Source: Candidatus Flemingiibacterium sp. | Lineage (GTDB): Bacteria; Bacillota; Clostridia; Oscillospirales; CAG-272 | NCBI GenBank assembly: GCA_045587285.1 | Contig: JAZNBZ010000182.1 | Location: 1 to 53,438, forward strand | DNA length: 53,438 nt | Direction: 5' to 3' | In this document: positions 22,490 to 33,006 of the stretch, piece by piece | Layout: the number at the start of each line of letters is the position of its first letter | Numbering within the stretch: the stretch's first letter is position 1 | The notes under the pieces: model-generated | Databases searched by the model: none | Told to the model about the DNA's origin: nothing | What the model saw: only the letters and a program-made list of their open reading frames with translations | Program-made: the position numbers and the translations under genes

Positions 22490-23236
22490 TTACACCAAAT
22501 TTTTCAAATTCTCTCCAAGCCTTACTAAAATTTTCTTTTCAAGTCGGGAAATATACGATTGTGAAATGCCCATCATATCCGCGACCTGCTTTTGCGTAAG
22601 CTCCTGTGTACCGCCAAGCCCATAGCGCAAAGTTATTATCACCCTTTCGCGCTCGTCAAGCTGTGCGAGTGCATCGCGAATGCTTTTTTTCTCCTCTATC
22701 TCCTCAAGTCCGCGAGAAATCTCGTCCCCGTCACTACCAAGCACGTCGGAGAGTAACAGCTCGTTACCGTCCCAATCCACGCTCAGCGGCTCGTCGAAGG
22801 ACACATCGTGCCGTCCGGCACACTTGCGTATATACATCAGTATTTCATTCTCGATACAGCGTGACGCATAGGTTGCAAGCTTGATATTCTTGTCCGCCCT
22901 GAATGTGTTTACCGCCTTTATAAGACCTATCGTACCAATGGATATCAGGTCCTCAAGGCCCGCACCCGTATTCTCGAATTTCTTGGCAATGTAGACCACA
23001 AGCCGCAGATTGTGCTCGATAAGCCTGCGTCTCGCCATAGCGCACACGTTTGCATCGCTTGAATCAAGCTCGTCTACAGACGCGCTCTCCTCGTCAGACG
23101 TAAGCGGCGGCGGCAAGGTATCCGCTCCGTTTATGTAATATACACCGTTTCTGTTTTTCGTGTCCCTACGCATTGCAGACAGAACCCGTCTCAGGTATGC
23201 TGTCATATCATCAAATATTCCAAATACGTTCATCAA
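22490..23236 (-). CDS. sigE: Sporulation sigma factor SigE (pro-sigma-E)
   Basis: Pro-sequence and region 2: ...[20 protein letters not shown]...[40 protein letters not shown]...[20 protein letters not shown]. Confidence 0.9.
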   Translation of the reverse strand: MMNVFGIFDDMTAYLRRVLSAMRRDTKNRNGVYYINGADTLPPPLTSDEESASVDELDSSDANVCAMARRRLIEHNLRLVVYIAKKFENTGAGLEDLISIGTIGLIKAVNTFRADKNIKLATYASRCIENEILMYIRKCAGRHDVSFDEPLSVDWDGNELLLSDVLGSDGDEISRGLEEIEEKKSIRDALAQLDERERVIITLRYGLGGTQELTQKQVADMMGISQSYISRLEKKILVRLGENLKNLV

Positions 23237-23245
23237 AATCGCCTC

Positions 23246-24118
23246 TCATACGTTTAATAATGTATGCCCTATAATAGCGTCACAGCCTCCGTAATCATCG
23301 CTACCGGTGTCAAGCGCTACCACGGCATCTATTTGTCTTCCTTCTACGCAGATATATTCAGGCGTAAAGCACAGCATCATTCCGCTTCCCGTCACCGTTT
23401 TCATCGTCACAAGCCGCACACCGAGACCTTGCAGGCTCAATATACCGTACGGCTCGTATGCTGCCGATATCAGCCTTTGCGGCAGACGTCCCTCCATACG
23501 CTTTGCCGACAAAACCACCACCGGTTTTCCCGAAAACGGCTCAAGCAAAAGGTTTCCGCTGTCGCATAACGCCTCAAAGCAGGCCGTACTGCCGAGAACG
23601 CCGAGCGTCATTCCGACAGTTTTACGGCTTAAATAACGCTCGCGTAATTTTCCGTACAGAATACTCACCGCTCCGGCGACAGCCGCGGAAATAACAAACA
23701 CGACTGTAGATGCCGTATCGCCGCTCGCGCCCTGTAAAAGCTCGCTGCCAACCGCCGCTCCGACGGTTGAATACAAAGCCGTCATAATACCGCCAAGCCC
23801 CACGTTCACCGCAAGGAACGTGACCGTCGGCATAATTCGCGGCGAGCGCTCACCCGTGGCAACGGCACTTATCACCGCAGCGCATATAAGGTGAGCAACA
23901 AGCATTATTATCTGTCCGAATATATTAGCGCTGTGTAATTCAAGCAGCGCCGAAAAAAGCGCCCACAGTGCGCCGATACCTGCCGCGAGCGTCATTCTCA
24001 CGGGACGGATAATGCCCCTTATCAGCTTTACCGTTATGTAGAGCGAAAGAAAATCCATCGAAAAGTTGACGAAAAGCAGCGTGTCGGCGTAAATTACTCT
24101 CGTTACCATCACCTCCAA
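23246..24118 (-). CDS. spoIIGA: Sigma-E processing peptidase SpoIIGA
   Basis: Polytopic N-terminus (IYADTLLFVNFSMDFLSLY) and the C-terminal aspartic protease motif ALCDSGNLLLEP. Lies directly upstream of sigE. The exact start (TTG 24118, GTG 24112 or ATG 24109) is uncertain. Confidence 0.85.
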   Translation of the reverse strand: MEVMVTRVIYADTLLFVNFSMDFLSLYITVKLIRGIIRPVRMTLAAGIGALWALFSALLELHSANIFGQIIMLVAHLICAAVISAVATGERSPRIMPTVTFLAVNVGLGGIMTALYSTVGAAVGSELLQGASGDTASTVVFVISAAVAGAVSILYGKLRERYLSRKTVGMTLGVLGSTACFEALCDSGNLLLEPFSGKPVVVLSAKRMEGRLPQRLISAAYEPYGILSLQGLGVRLVTMKTVTGSGMMLCFTPEYICVEGRQIDAVVALDTGSDDYGGCDAIIGHTLLNV

Positions 24119-24133
24119 AGCGGACCTGCCTTA

Positions 24134-24167
24134 ATTATACACCCGTATCCTTGCAAACTTTGTCGCA
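24134..24167 (-). promoter_or_regulatory. Possible spoIIG-type promoter: TATAAT with a distant TTGCGA and a Spo0A-box-like TGTCGCA
   Basis: -10 at 24139-24134. TTGCGA lies ~23 nt upstream. The plus-strand TGTCGCA at 24161-24167 matches the 0A box TGTCGAA at 6 of 7 positions. Confidence 0.3.
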
Positions 24168-24277
24168 AAAAAGCCTCGTAAAAAGAAAATTTTTCCTTGA
24201 CGCGTAATGAATACGCATAAGGCGTTTTGGACAAAATTATAGCGTACCTAATACAGCTACACGAAAGGAACGTATTT

Positions 24278-24502
24278 ATGTTAGACAAAATCGCGCTTAT
24301 TTTAGCAATTATCGGCGGCCTTAACTGGGGCAGCATCGGCATCTTCAAATTCGACCTTGTGGCGTGGATATGCGGCGGTCAGGGCTCGCTTTTCGCACGC
24401 ATCATCTACACGGTAGTAGGACTTGCGGCGATATGGTGCATCTCTCTGTTATTCAGAGAAACCGACGCGGCGGTTGAAAACGACGTTTCGATGAGAAGAT
24501 AA
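24278..24502 (+). CDS. DUF378 membrane protein
   Basis: MLDKIALILAIIGGLNWGSIGIFKFDLVAW... is the typical DUF378 motif. Confidence 0.75.
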   Translation: MLDKIALILAIIGGLNWGSIGIFKFDLVAWICGGQGSLFARIIYTVVGLAAIWCISLLFRETDAAVENDVSMRR

Positions 24503-24548
24503 AAAAAGAGTGCAGGTTATTCCCTGCACTCTTCTTACATAACCTCTA

Positions 24549-25427
24549 TTATACGCAAAGCACGTCGCGGCACAATGCGCCGAGAGAGTCAATATCTCCA
24601 AGCAATTCGTATATTCTCTCAAGGTTGTCGGGATCATACTCGACCTCCTTTGAGTAGTCCTTCGCCGTTTCTTTAAGCTCACCGCCCATCGCCGCTATCA
24701 TAACGAGCGATGCCGCCGTAAATTTTATAGAGAGCTCCTCGCCGAGCAAAAGGTAGTAGCGGTAAACAAAATATGCCGCAAGCCTTGTAAAGCGATTGTC
24801 GCACGCAATCGGCATATCCGTCGAGAAGCTTTCGCTAAAGCGCTCGTCAAGCGCTTCGAGCGAAGCGTACAGCGCACGCAGACGCTCATAGGTATCGCAG
24901 TATTCATCTGTGCCGCCGAGCAATGTATAGAAGCGCCCACCGAGAGTGCCGTCGCCGTATGCTAAAAATTCTATCAGCTCAAGCTGACGCGCGAGCGATT
25001 GCTTTTCATCATCGGTTAGAGCGTACCCGTCCTCCTCACATACAAATTCGGACGGCGACTCAAGCCATAGGCGTGCCGCTTCGGGGCAACACAGTCCAAT
25101 ACCAACCTCACATATATTATCGCTTTCAGAATAAAACCGCGGGTGCTCCCTGCAAATATCGCATAGGCTATCCTGTCCAAGCCGTATTATAAGCTCGCAA
25201 AGATTATCCTCGCGAAGAAATCTGCACCGCTGTCCTTCAAGGCAGAGCTTCACGCCGTCTTCGCGTATCAGGCGCTCGCGCACGAAAGCTCCAACGTCGC
25301 CCTCAAGAGAATTGTAAAGCTTGAGCGTATCCTCGTCAACGTCGATCTCCCAGCCTTTGCAGCAGGTGTCCGTACAATCGGCGGCGACACATTTAAAGCT
25401 ATCGAAAAACACAGGCTTAACTATCAC
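24549..25427 (-). CDS. FliB-like Cys-rich protein (flagellin lysine-N-methylase family / CxxCxxCC)
   Basis: IVKPVFFDSFKCVAADCTDTCCKGWEIDVDEDT...CRFLREDNLCEL...CREHPRF. The GTG at 25427, 7 nt after GGGAGG, is preferred as start. Confidence 0.6.
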   Translation of the reverse strand: MIVKPVFFDSFKCVAADCTDTCCKGWEIDVDEDTLKLYNSLEGDVGAFVRERLIREDGVKLCLEGQRCRFLREDNLCELIIRLGQDSLCDICREHPRFYSESDNICEVGIGLCCPEAARLWLESPSEFVCEEDGYALTDDEKQSLARQLELIEFLAYGDGTLGGRFYTLLGGTDEYCDTYERLRALYASLEALDERFSESFSTDMPIACDNRFTRLAAYFVYRYYLLLGEELSIKFTAASLVMIAAMGGELKETAKDYSKEVEYDPDNLERIYELLGDIDSLGALCRDVLCV

Positions 25428-25555
25428 GGATAAACCTCCCATAATAAGTATGCCTTTATTATACCACCGACGAAGCAAAAAATCAACCGTTCCGCGCATA
25501 CGTTTATCTACAATAAAACGCCAAAACGGCTTACCCTAGGGTAAGCCGTTTCTTT

Positions 25556-26824
25556 TTATTTACCTTCGTAAAACTTTCTTCTGTAGGATTTTTTAACGTA
25601 GCCCGTCAGAGCCCACACGATAAGCACCGCAAGAATAAACGAACAAATAACGTATATTGCCGTGCTCACGGTAACGTCAGACTTGAGCTCCTCCCAAAGC
25701 TTATTTATGAGTATAAGCTTTTCGCCTGAAAGGTTCTTGTACGTTGACGTTTTTACGCTGTCGGTTGCGTACATTTTTTCATAGGCGTCCTCTTTTATTT
25801 CCGCCATATATTCGATGTACTCCTCGTTCTCTACAACCACGCGGTTGGGGGACGCGTAGTAAGTATACTCCGCGTTTGCAACGGCGGGCTCCTCAGTGAG
25901 CATAAAGTCGATATAGCGCTCTGCGATCTCCTTATTCTTCGCAGTTTTAGGAATACACATAGCGTCTACGTAAAGATTCGTGCCCTCCTCGGGATAGAAG
26001 AACTCGAGCTCGTCGTTGTTCTCGTACATAGCGAGATAGTCGCCTGCGTAGTACGCCGCGATAGCCGCCGAGCCGTTTTCCATTTTGTTATAGATCTCGT
26101 CCATAACGTAGCCCTGAAGTATCGGCTTTTGCTCACGGAGCTTGTCGAGCGCAAGCCGCCAATCAGCCTCGCTGTCGGAGTTTACGTCCAGACCGAGGAA
26201 ATACTGTGCCGTACCGAATGCGTCGCGGGAATTGTTGAACTGAAGGATATTGCCCTCGTACTTTTCATCCCACATAAGCTGCCAGCTACCGATATTCGGC
26301 TCGTCCTCGGGTACTATCGACGTGTTGTAGATAATACCTATCATACCGTACATATACGGAACGGAGTAAACGTTGCCGGGATCGTGGTCGGAATGCTCCG
26401 AGCCTTCACCGAAAAATTCGGGGAGCAGATTCTCTGCCGCGTGAGGAATATTCTCGTAGTTAAGCGGGGCTAAAAGGTCCTCTGCTATAAGTCGCTCGAT
26501 CATATAGTCCGAGGGAACGATAACGTCGTAGTTTACCGAGCCCGAGCTGAGCTTCGCGTAGAGCGACTCGTTACTTGAGAAGGTGGAATAGTTGACTTTT
26601 ACCTTAACGCCGTAGGTGTCGTAATACCACTCCTCAAAGAGCTTGTTTGAGTCAAGACAGCCCTCCGAGCCGTCGGAGATGTACTCGCCCCAATTATAAA
26701 CGTAGAGCGTTACCGTGTCGCCGCCGATGGTTGAAGTCTCGCAGGAGCAGAGCGTACCCATCAAAATAGCGAGCGCAAAAACGAGAAATAGACAAACACG
26801 CTTTGAAATATTACTTTTCTTCAT
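25556..26824 (-). CDS. potD: Spermidine/putrescine ABC transporter substrate-binding protein with extra C-terminal TM helix
   Basis: PotD-like body. N-terminal signal with LCSC lipobox-like motif. C-terminal TAIYVICSFILAVLIVWALTGYV followed by KKSYRRK. Confidence 0.8.
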   Translation of the reverse strand: MKKSNISKRVCLFLVFALAILMGTLCSCETSTIGGDTVTLYVYNWGEYISDGSEGCLDSNKLFEEWYYDTYGVKVKVNYSTFSSNESLYAKLSSGSVNYDVIVPSDYMIERLIAEDLLAPLNYENIPHAAENLLPEFFGEGSEHSDHDPGNVYSVPYMYGMIGIIYNTSIVPEDEPNIGSWQLMWDEKYEGNILQFNNSRDAFGTAQYFLGLDVNSDSEADWRLALDKLREQKPILQGYVMDEIYNKMENGSAAIAAYYAGDYLAMYENNDELEFFYPEEGTNLYVDAMCIPKTAKNKEIAERYIDFMLTEEPAVANAEYTYYASPNRVVVENEEYIEYMAEIKEDAYEKMYATDSVKTSTYKNLSGEKLILINKLWEELKSDVTVSTAIYVICSFILAVLIVWALTGYVKKSYRRKFYEGK

Positions 26825-26828
26825 AGCG

Positions 26829-27638
26829 TTACCCCCTTTTCGCGCCGCTCTTGCGGTGACCGACGGAGCCTGCGAAGTTCACAACCAAAAGAATTATCAA
26901 AATAACCACAACGATAAGCGAGGACAGCGCGTACATACTGAACTTCACGTTGTGAGCGGTCTGGTTGTATACGTAAAGCGGAAGCGTCTGGAAGTCGGGC
27001 GAGCTTACGAAATGGCTTATCACGAAGTCGTCAAGCGACATCGTAAAGCCGAGCATAAGTCCCGAAACTATGCCGGGAACTATCTCGGGAAGCTCAACCT
27101 TGAAAAACGCGCGCGCAGGCGTACAGCCAAGGTCCTGTGCCGCCTCGGAGAGGGATTTATCAAGTCCTCTGAAGCGCGGCATTACCGACAAAAGCACGTA
27201 CGGCAGGTTGAACGTAACGTGCGCTATAAGCATCGTGCCGAAGCCAAAAAACGACTGCGATTTGAGTATCGCCGCTACCGCAACGAATAAAAGCATCATC
27301 GAAACGCCCGTTACGATATCGGGGTTCATCATAGGGATGTTTGTAACGGTATTTACCGCGCCCTTTACGTACTTGTTCTTCATACGGTAAAGTCCGAGCG
27401 CGCCGAACGTGCCGATGATAGTGGCAATAACGGACGAGGACACCGCGAGCACGAGTGAGTTTACGAGCGAGGAAAGCGCTTCCTCGTCGTTAAAGAGCTC
27501 TGCGTACCAAGTGAGGGAAAATCCCGAATATTCAGCAAGGCTTCCCGATTCGTTGAAGGAGAAGGCTATCATAACGATAAGCGGAATATAGAGAAGGAAG
27601 AAGATCAGGCCGACGTAGAATTTTGAGAAAAATTTCAC
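26829..27638 (-). CDS. potC: Spermidine/putrescine ABC transporter permease
   Basis: 269 aa, six TM segments, EAA-like loop LSEAAQDLGCTPARAFFKV. Confidence 0.85.
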   Translation of the reverse strand: MKFFSKFYVGLIFFLLYIPLIVMIAFSFNESGSLAEYSGFSLTWYAELFNDEEALSSLVNSLVLAVSSSVIATIIGTFGALGLYRMKNKYVKGAVNTVTNIPMMNPDIVTGVSMMLLFVAVAAILKSQSFFGFGTMLIAHVTFNLPYVLLSVMPRFRGLDKSLSEAAQDLGCTPARAFFKVELPEIVPGIVSGLMLGFTMSLDDFVISHFVSSPDFQTLPLYVYNQTAHNVKFSMYALSSLIVVVILIILLVVNFAGSVGHRKSGAKRG

Positions 27639-28489
27639 GGCATAATACCTCCCCTCTTTTGCTCTTTACCGGTTTCGCTCTCGCCGTCGTCCTCGGTAAA
27701 GCGGTTCATAATGCGAACGGAGATTATGATAAGCATCATCATCACGAGCGAGATCGCCGCACCCACGTTATACGTGCTGGGATTCTGGAAAAGACGCTCG
27801 ATGGTATCGCCGACGAGGTCTATCTTGCCCGCACCGAGCTTCTGCGAGATGTAGAAGGTGCTTATCGAGGGAACGAAAACCATAGTTATGCCCGAGATAA
27901 CGCCGGACACAGTAAGCGGCATAATAACGCGCGTCATCGTCTGAAGACCGCTACAGCCAAGGTCCTGCGACGCTTCGATATAACGCTTGTCGAGCTTGGT
28001 CATAGCCGTAAATATCGGAAGGACCATATACGGCAGAAAGTCGTAGATCATACCGAGTATTACGCCGAAGTTGGTTCCGACGATGTGAAGGCGGCCGAGT
28101 CCGAGACTTTCGAGAAGTGAATTGATGAGACCGCCGTTGTCAAGAAGCGCCATAAGCGCATACGTACGGATAAGCAGGTTGCACCACATCGGGAGCATTA
28201 CGAGCACCATAAGTATCTTCTGTGCGCGCTCGGACTGCCTTGACATAAAGTACGCCAAGGGATAGCCGATAATAAGGCAGACTACCGTTGCGATAAGCGC
28301 GAACGCTATCGAGAGGATGAATACGTTTCCATACTGCGAAAGAGTCGAGATATTGGAAAACGAGAAATTACCCTCGGCATCGGTAAATGCAAAATAGAGC
28401 ACGAAGATCATAGGCGCAACGATGAACATTATCGCCCACAGAATATGAGGTGCCGCCGCTATTCTTTGAAACAGGGAGGACTTTCTCAT
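27635..28489 (-). CDS. potB: Spermidine/putrescine ABC transporter permease
   Basis: 284 aa with [21 protein letters not shown]. Overlaps its neighbours by 4 nt. Confidence 0.85.
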   Translation of the reverse strand: MRKSSLFQRIAAAPHILWAIMFIVAPMIFVLYFAFTDAEGNFSFSNISTLSQYGNVFILSIAFALIATVVCLIIGYPLAYFMSRQSERAQKILMVLVMLPMWCNLLIRTYALMALLDNGGLINSLLESLGLGRLHIVGTNFGVILGMIYDFLPYMVLPIFTAMTKLDKRYIEASQDLGCSGLQTMTRVIMPLTVSGVISGITMVFVPSISTFYISQKLGAGKIDLVGDTIERLFQNPSTYNVGAAISLVMMMLIIISVRIMNRFTEDDGESETGKEQKRGGIMP

Positions 28490-29613
28490 TCTTCATCCTC
28501 CTCGGTATCGGGGTTGCCGAGATTATCAAGCTCGTCGCTGAACGAGGAATAGTCGCCAAACATACCGGAGTATTCGGACTTTTTCATAACGTGGATAGCC
28601 TCGGGCTCGATGTCAAGACCGATAGTAGCGTCGGGTGCAACGTAGTCGGAGGTCTCAAGCATCCACTTAAAGCCCTGCACGTCAACGATGATCTCGTAAT
28701 AGTCGCCCTTGAAGGTGACCGAGGAAACGGTACCGCGAAGCATACCCGCCTCAGCCGCCACGACGTCAACGTCCTCGGGACGCACGACAACGTCAACCGC
28801 CTCGCCCTTTTCAAATCCCGCGTCGAGGCACTTAAACTGTGCGCCCGAGAATTTAACCTTGTAATCCTCAAGCATAACGCCGTCAACGATATTCGACTCG
28901 CCGATAAAGTCTGCAACGAACGCGTTTACAGGCTCGTTGTAAATATCGGTGGGAGTACCGATCTGCTGTATCTCACCGTTTGCCATAACGACGACGGTAT
29001 CGGACATAGAGAGAGCCTCCTCCTGATCGTGCGTTACGTATATAAAGGTGATACCCGTTTTCTTCTGTATATTTTTAAGCTCGCTTTGCATATCCTTGCG
29101 GAGCTTTAAATCAAGCGCACCGAGAGGCTCGTCGAGAAGCAGCACCTTAGGCGAGTTGACGAGCGCGCGTGCGATAGCGACACGCTGCTGCTGACCGCCG
29201 GAGAGCAGATTTACGTTTCTCGTTTCAAAGCCCTTCATGTTGACCATAGTCAGCATTTCTTCGACCTTGTCGTGTATTTCAGCCTCGGAAAACTTTTTAA
29301 GACGCAGACCGAAGGCTATATTCTCATAAACGTTCAAATGCGGAAAGAGCGCGTATTTCTGGAAAACGGTATTGACGGGACGCTTATAGGGCGGCACGTC
29401 GTTTATGCGCTTTCCCTCAAAGAATACGTCGCCCGAGTCGGGGGTAACAAAGCCTCCGACTATACGAAGCGTGGTCGTTTTACCGCAGCCCGAGGGACCG
29501 AGCAGAGTTACGAACTCTTTATCGTGAATATCGAGGTTGATGCCGCGAAGCACCTTTTCACCGTCGAATTCCATTGTGATGTTTTTAAGCTCAATAATTT
29601 TGTTTTTGTTCAT
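28486..29613 (-). CDS. potA: Spermidine/putrescine ABC transporter ATPase
   Basis: GPSGCGKTT (Walker A), [22 protein letters not shown], and a C-terminal TOBE-like domain. Confidence 0.9.
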   Translation of the reverse strand: MNKNKIIELKNITMEFDGEKVLRGINLDIHDKEFVTLLGPSGCGKTTTLRIVGGFVTPDSGDVFFEGKRINDVPPYKRPVNTVFQKYALFPHLNVYENIAFGLRLKKFSEAEIHDKVEEMLTMVNMKGFETRNVNLLSGGQQQRVAIARALVNSPKVLLLDEPLGALDLKLRKDMQSELKNIQKKTGITFIYVTHDQEEALSMSDTVVVMANGEIQQIGTPTDIYNEPVNAFVADFIGESNIVDGVMLEDYKVKFSGAQFKCLDAGFEKGEAVDVVVRPEDVDVVAAEAGMLRGTVSSVTFKGDYYEIIVDVQGFKWMLETSDYVAPDATIGLDIEPEAIHVMKKSEYSGMFGDYSSFSDELDNLGNPDTEEDEE

Positions 29614-29828
29614 CTTTTGCCTGATAGCTCCTTCTTATTGTAATGTAGTAAATTAGAAAAGCCGCCTGACGAAAAAAAACACCCCGAACCAATGCTCCGA
29701 CAAAAGCGGCGTCGGATGACCGGAAAGAGATGGTAAAACAAATCGCAGGCACACGCTAAAAAAGCGCGCATTTCACCCCACGATAAAGGTGATAAAATTA
29801 TTGTAGCAGAGATAACATAAAAAGTCAA
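29614..29828 (-). promoter_or_regulatory. potA promoter (TTGACT-17-TACAAT) and ~180-nt leader containing a hairpin and a U8 tract
   Basis: -35 at 29828-29823 and -10 at 29805-29800. The leader contains TCCGAC-N9-GTCGGA and GGGGTGTTTTTTTT. Confidence 0.4.
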
Positions 29829-29985
29829 TAGTTTTTGCAAAATTCCTCGAAATCCGTGATTTTTTTACGTTTATTCAGAGTTTGACGGAGTTTTCCCGAG
29901 CAAAAGTTTAAAATGCTCCCGAAATCTCCGTTATCCTCGTTTTTCGAGCGTTTTCGTCGTTTTTCTTCAGTTTGCTCGTTTATAC

Positions 29986-30010
29986 AAAAAAGGGGACGCC
30001 GCGTGTCCCC
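29986..30010 (-). terminator. Intrinsic terminator after the FAD-protein gene
   Basis: On the minus strand, GGGGAC-N7-GTCCCC is followed by TTTTTT. Confidence 0.65.
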
Positions 30011-30016
30011 TTTAAG

Positions 30017-31696
30017 TTATTTCCCGGGCGCATATACGCGCATCAGCGCGCACGCCGCCGATATACCGTCTATCGCCGCGCTCGTGATGCCGCCTGCATA
30101 GCCCGCGCCCTCTCCGCACGGATAGAGATTTAATGCCGCAGATGCGGTCAAATTATCGCCTCGCACGATGCGTACGGGCGAGGACGTACGCGTTTCAACG
30201 CCCGTCAGAACCGTATCGCGCGCATCGAAGCCGCGTATCTTTTTACCGAATTTGTCAAAGCCTTTTTTAAGCATATCTGAAACGAAGTCCGGGAGTATCG
30301 CCGACATATCGCACGGCGTATAAACGCCGTTTCTGTACGTTGGCAAAACTCGCGTCGGCTCGGTAAAATGCAAGGTCTTTCCGTCGAGAAAATCGCCGAG
30401 CGTTTCCACAGGAGCGCGGAAGTCGTGCTCACCCGTATCTGCCGCCTTGTACGCCGCGCGCTCAAGCTGACGCTGGAATTTTACGCCGTCCTGCCACGTA
30501 CCGCCAATATCCTCGGGGAACACCGACACGACTATCGCCGCGTTGGCGTTTTTGCCGTCGCGCGCGTATCGGCTCATACCGTTGGTAACGACGCCGCCCT
30601 CCTCGCTCGCCGACGCCATAACCTCGCCGCCGGGGCACATACAAAAGCTGTATACGCCGCGCGCGCTGTCGGATACGAGTCCGCTCTGCGCCTCGCGGTA
30701 GGACAGCGAATATTCGCCTGCCGGAAGCACGCGTCTGCCGCTTTTATCACATACGTTCACCGCGTCTCCGTACAACGCCGCGTCGATATCTTCTTGAAGA
30801 TGCTCCGCGCGCACGCCTACTGAAAACGGCTTAGGTGCGAGTAAAAATCCGCGCGATGCGAGCATATCGTACGTGTCGCGTGCGCTGTGACCGACGGCAA
30901 GTATTACCGCACCGCATTCGATAGTGCTTCGAGCCCCGTGAGAGGTTACGCTCACGGACGCCACTCGTCCGTTCGTAATATTAACGTCGTCAAGACGCGT
31001 GTCGAAAAGTATCTCTCCGCCAAGCGCTTCGATACGCTTTGCGATGCCGTCAACCACGCCGAGCAGTCTGTCCGTTCCGACGTGCGGCTTGGCAAGATAC
31101 AGTATCTCCTCGGGCGCACCGAACTCCACGAATCGCTCAAGCACGTACGAACAGCGCGAATCGTTTATACGCGTAACGAGCTTGCCGTCGGAAAACGTAC
31201 CCGCACCGCCCGCGCCGAACTGTATATTGGTTTCGACGTTGAGCTTACCCGACCTGATAAACTCGTCAACCTCGCGAGTGCGCGTGGCAACGTCAGCGCC
31301 GCGCTCGATAACGAGCGGCTCGTAGCCGTTCTCGGCAAGCAAAAGCGCCGCGAACATTCCGGCAGGTCCAAATCCCACGATAAGCGGCCGCGAGGCAAGT
31401 GCTTCGTGTCCGTATTCGATTTCAATAGGCACGCGCTCGACTATCTCGGCATCCGAGCCAAGACGTGCTATACGCGAAAGCTTTTTTTCATTTATATCGC
31501 ATTCGACTGCAACTGACGTAACGAAGGTCGGCGCATCACCGCCTCTGCGGCGCGCGTCGATAGAGCGCTTGTGAAGCGCCGCGCCGATATATTCCCCGTC
31601 AGTCAGCGACAGCCGCCGCCGCGCCATCGTGAAGGCATCTTCAATCGGCGCGGTCAGCGGCAGTCTTATATTTTTAACTATTATCTGCTTTTTCAT
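30017..31696 (-). CDS. FAD-dependent protein (COG2509-type NAD(FAD)-utilising dehydrogenase)
   Basis: 559 aa with the dinucleotide-binding motif IVGFGPAGMFAALLLAENG and the N-terminal MKKQIIVKNIRLPL typical of this family. Confidence 0.75.
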   Translation of the reverse strand: MKKQIIVKNIRLPLTAPIEDAFTMARRRLSLTDGEYIGAALHKRSIDARRRGGDAPTFVTSVAVECDINEKKLSRIARLGSDAEIVERVPIEIEYGHEALASRPLIVGFGPAGMFAALLLAENGYEPLVIERGADVATRTREVDEFIRSGKLNVETNIQFGAGGAGTFSDGKLVTRINDSRCSYVLERFVEFGAPEEILYLAKPHVGTDRLLGVVDGIAKRIEALGGEILFDTRLDDVNITNGRVASVSVTSHGARSTIECGAVILAVGHSARDTYDMLASRGFLLAPKPFSVGVRAEHLQEDIDAALYGDAVNVCDKSGRRVLPAGEYSLSYREAQSGLVSDSARGVYSFCMCPGGEVMASASEEGGVVTNGMSRYARDGKNANAAIVVSVFPEDIGGTWQDGVKFQRQLERAAYKAADTGEHDFRAPVETLGDFLDGKTLHFTEPTRVLPTYRNGVYTPCDMSAILPDFVSDMLKKGFDKFGKKIRGFDARDTVLTGVETRTSSPVRIVRGDNLTASAALNLYPCGEGAGYAGGITSAAIDGISAACALMRVYAPGK

Positions 31697-31697
31697 A

Positions 31698-32987
31698 TCA
31701 GTGTATCGTCACGTCGATCTCGTATTCGCCGATCTCGTATACGCTTCCGGCAAGCGTGCTTGACACGGTTACCGTCACCGGAACCGAAACCGTTCCCGAC
31801 GAATTATTGAGATATCCGAGATCTATCGTCGCGGTGATATTGTTCTGATTAAGCAGCGACAGAAGCGTTTTTGTTCCGCGGAATTTTACGACTATACTCG
31901 GAGAGTCGATCGAATACTTAAGACTTCCGGTGTTTACAACGGACAGATTGGAAACCACCACGTCGCGCGTTGCCGTTCCCTTGTGTGTGATCGAAATATC
32001 CGCAGTTCTGATGCCGCTCACGTTTTCTATGTTGTCGGGAAGCATTATAGTCGCCGTCTTTGAGCCGTCATCGACTATCTTCTTCTCGTCGAGCTGGAGC
32101 ACCACGATGCTGTCAAGATTATCAAGCGCATTGGGCTCGCCCTTCACGCGAATGGACGCAGGGCTTATCTTGACGTCAACGTTGGTATCGTTGTAATAGC
32201 CGTATTTGTACGTTACCGCAAGCGGAACGTCCTTATAGGTGTAAACGGGGATCTTCACCGAAACCTCGGTGGTCTGAAGCTTGATATACGGATTGCTTAT
32301 CGGCACGCCGTTCGCGTCAACGAGCACCAGCTTACCGGTAGCCGTCAGCGTTTTGTCTATACGTCCGAGGTCGAGGGTTACCTTAGCCTCCTTTATCTTC
32401 TCAAGCTCTACCGCAGGTCCGGACACGTTCACCATCGTGAAGCTCGGCTCAGGCTCTCCAAGCTCGTAGGTGGACTCGATCGAGTACATCGGCTCAACGA
32501 CCACGGGCACGGATATCGACGTGCGCTTGTCAACGTAGACCTGAATATAATTCGAGGACTGTGCGCTGACCGTAATACCGTTAGGAAGCGAGGTCTTTAC
32601 CTCAAGCGTATATTCTCCTGCCGACTCAACGTGAGAAACGTCAACGAAAACGCTCACGTCATCAAGCGACAGTCGGCTTATCTCGGAGTTTGCACCGCTA
32701 ACCGTAATATCAACGGTATAGTCATAGCCGCTTATGACCGAAAGACCGAAATTCTCCTCAAGTGCCGCAACGTTCTTTATATCTATCGGAACGTCGGTGA
32801 GCTTTTTCTCCTCTATTGCAGTATCTGTGCCGACGACGTAAAACCAAAGCACTACCGCCGCAAGCACGCAAAGTACCTTTGCTACAACGTTCTGAAAACT
32901 GCTGGTTTTGACCTTATAGTCTCCGCCGGACTCTACAGTGTTCTGCTCATATTCGTTTTTAACGGGAGTATTGTTATTGTTTTCCAT
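31698..32987 (-). CDS. cdaR: YbbR-domain protein CdaR (diadenylate cyclase regulator)
   Basis: N-terminal TM helix followed by repeated YbbR-like beta-rich modules. Lies immediately downstream of cdaA. Confidence 0.75.
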   Translation of the reverse strand: MENNNNTPVKNEYEQNTVESGGDYKVKTSSFQNVVAKVLCVLAAVVLWFYVVGTDTAIEEKKLTDVPIDIKNVAALEENFGLSVISGYDYTVDITVSGANSEISRLSLDDVSVFVDVSHVESAGEYTLEVKTSLPNGITVSAQSSNYIQVYVDKRTSISVPVVVEPMYSIESTYELGEPEPSFTMVNVSGPAVELEKIKEAKVTLDLGRIDKTLTATGKLVLVDANGVPISNPYIKLQTTEVSVKIPVYTYKDVPLAVTYKYGYYNDTNVDVKISPASIRVKGEPNALDNLDSIVVLQLDEKKIVDDGSKTATIMLPDNIENVSGIRTADISITHKGTATRDVVVSNLSVVNTGSLKYSIDSPSIVVKFRGTKTLLSLLNQNNITATIDLGYLNNSSGTVSVPVTVTVSSTLAGSVYEIGEYEIDVTIH

Positions 32988-33006
32988 CTATTTATCCCTC
33001 TGAAAA

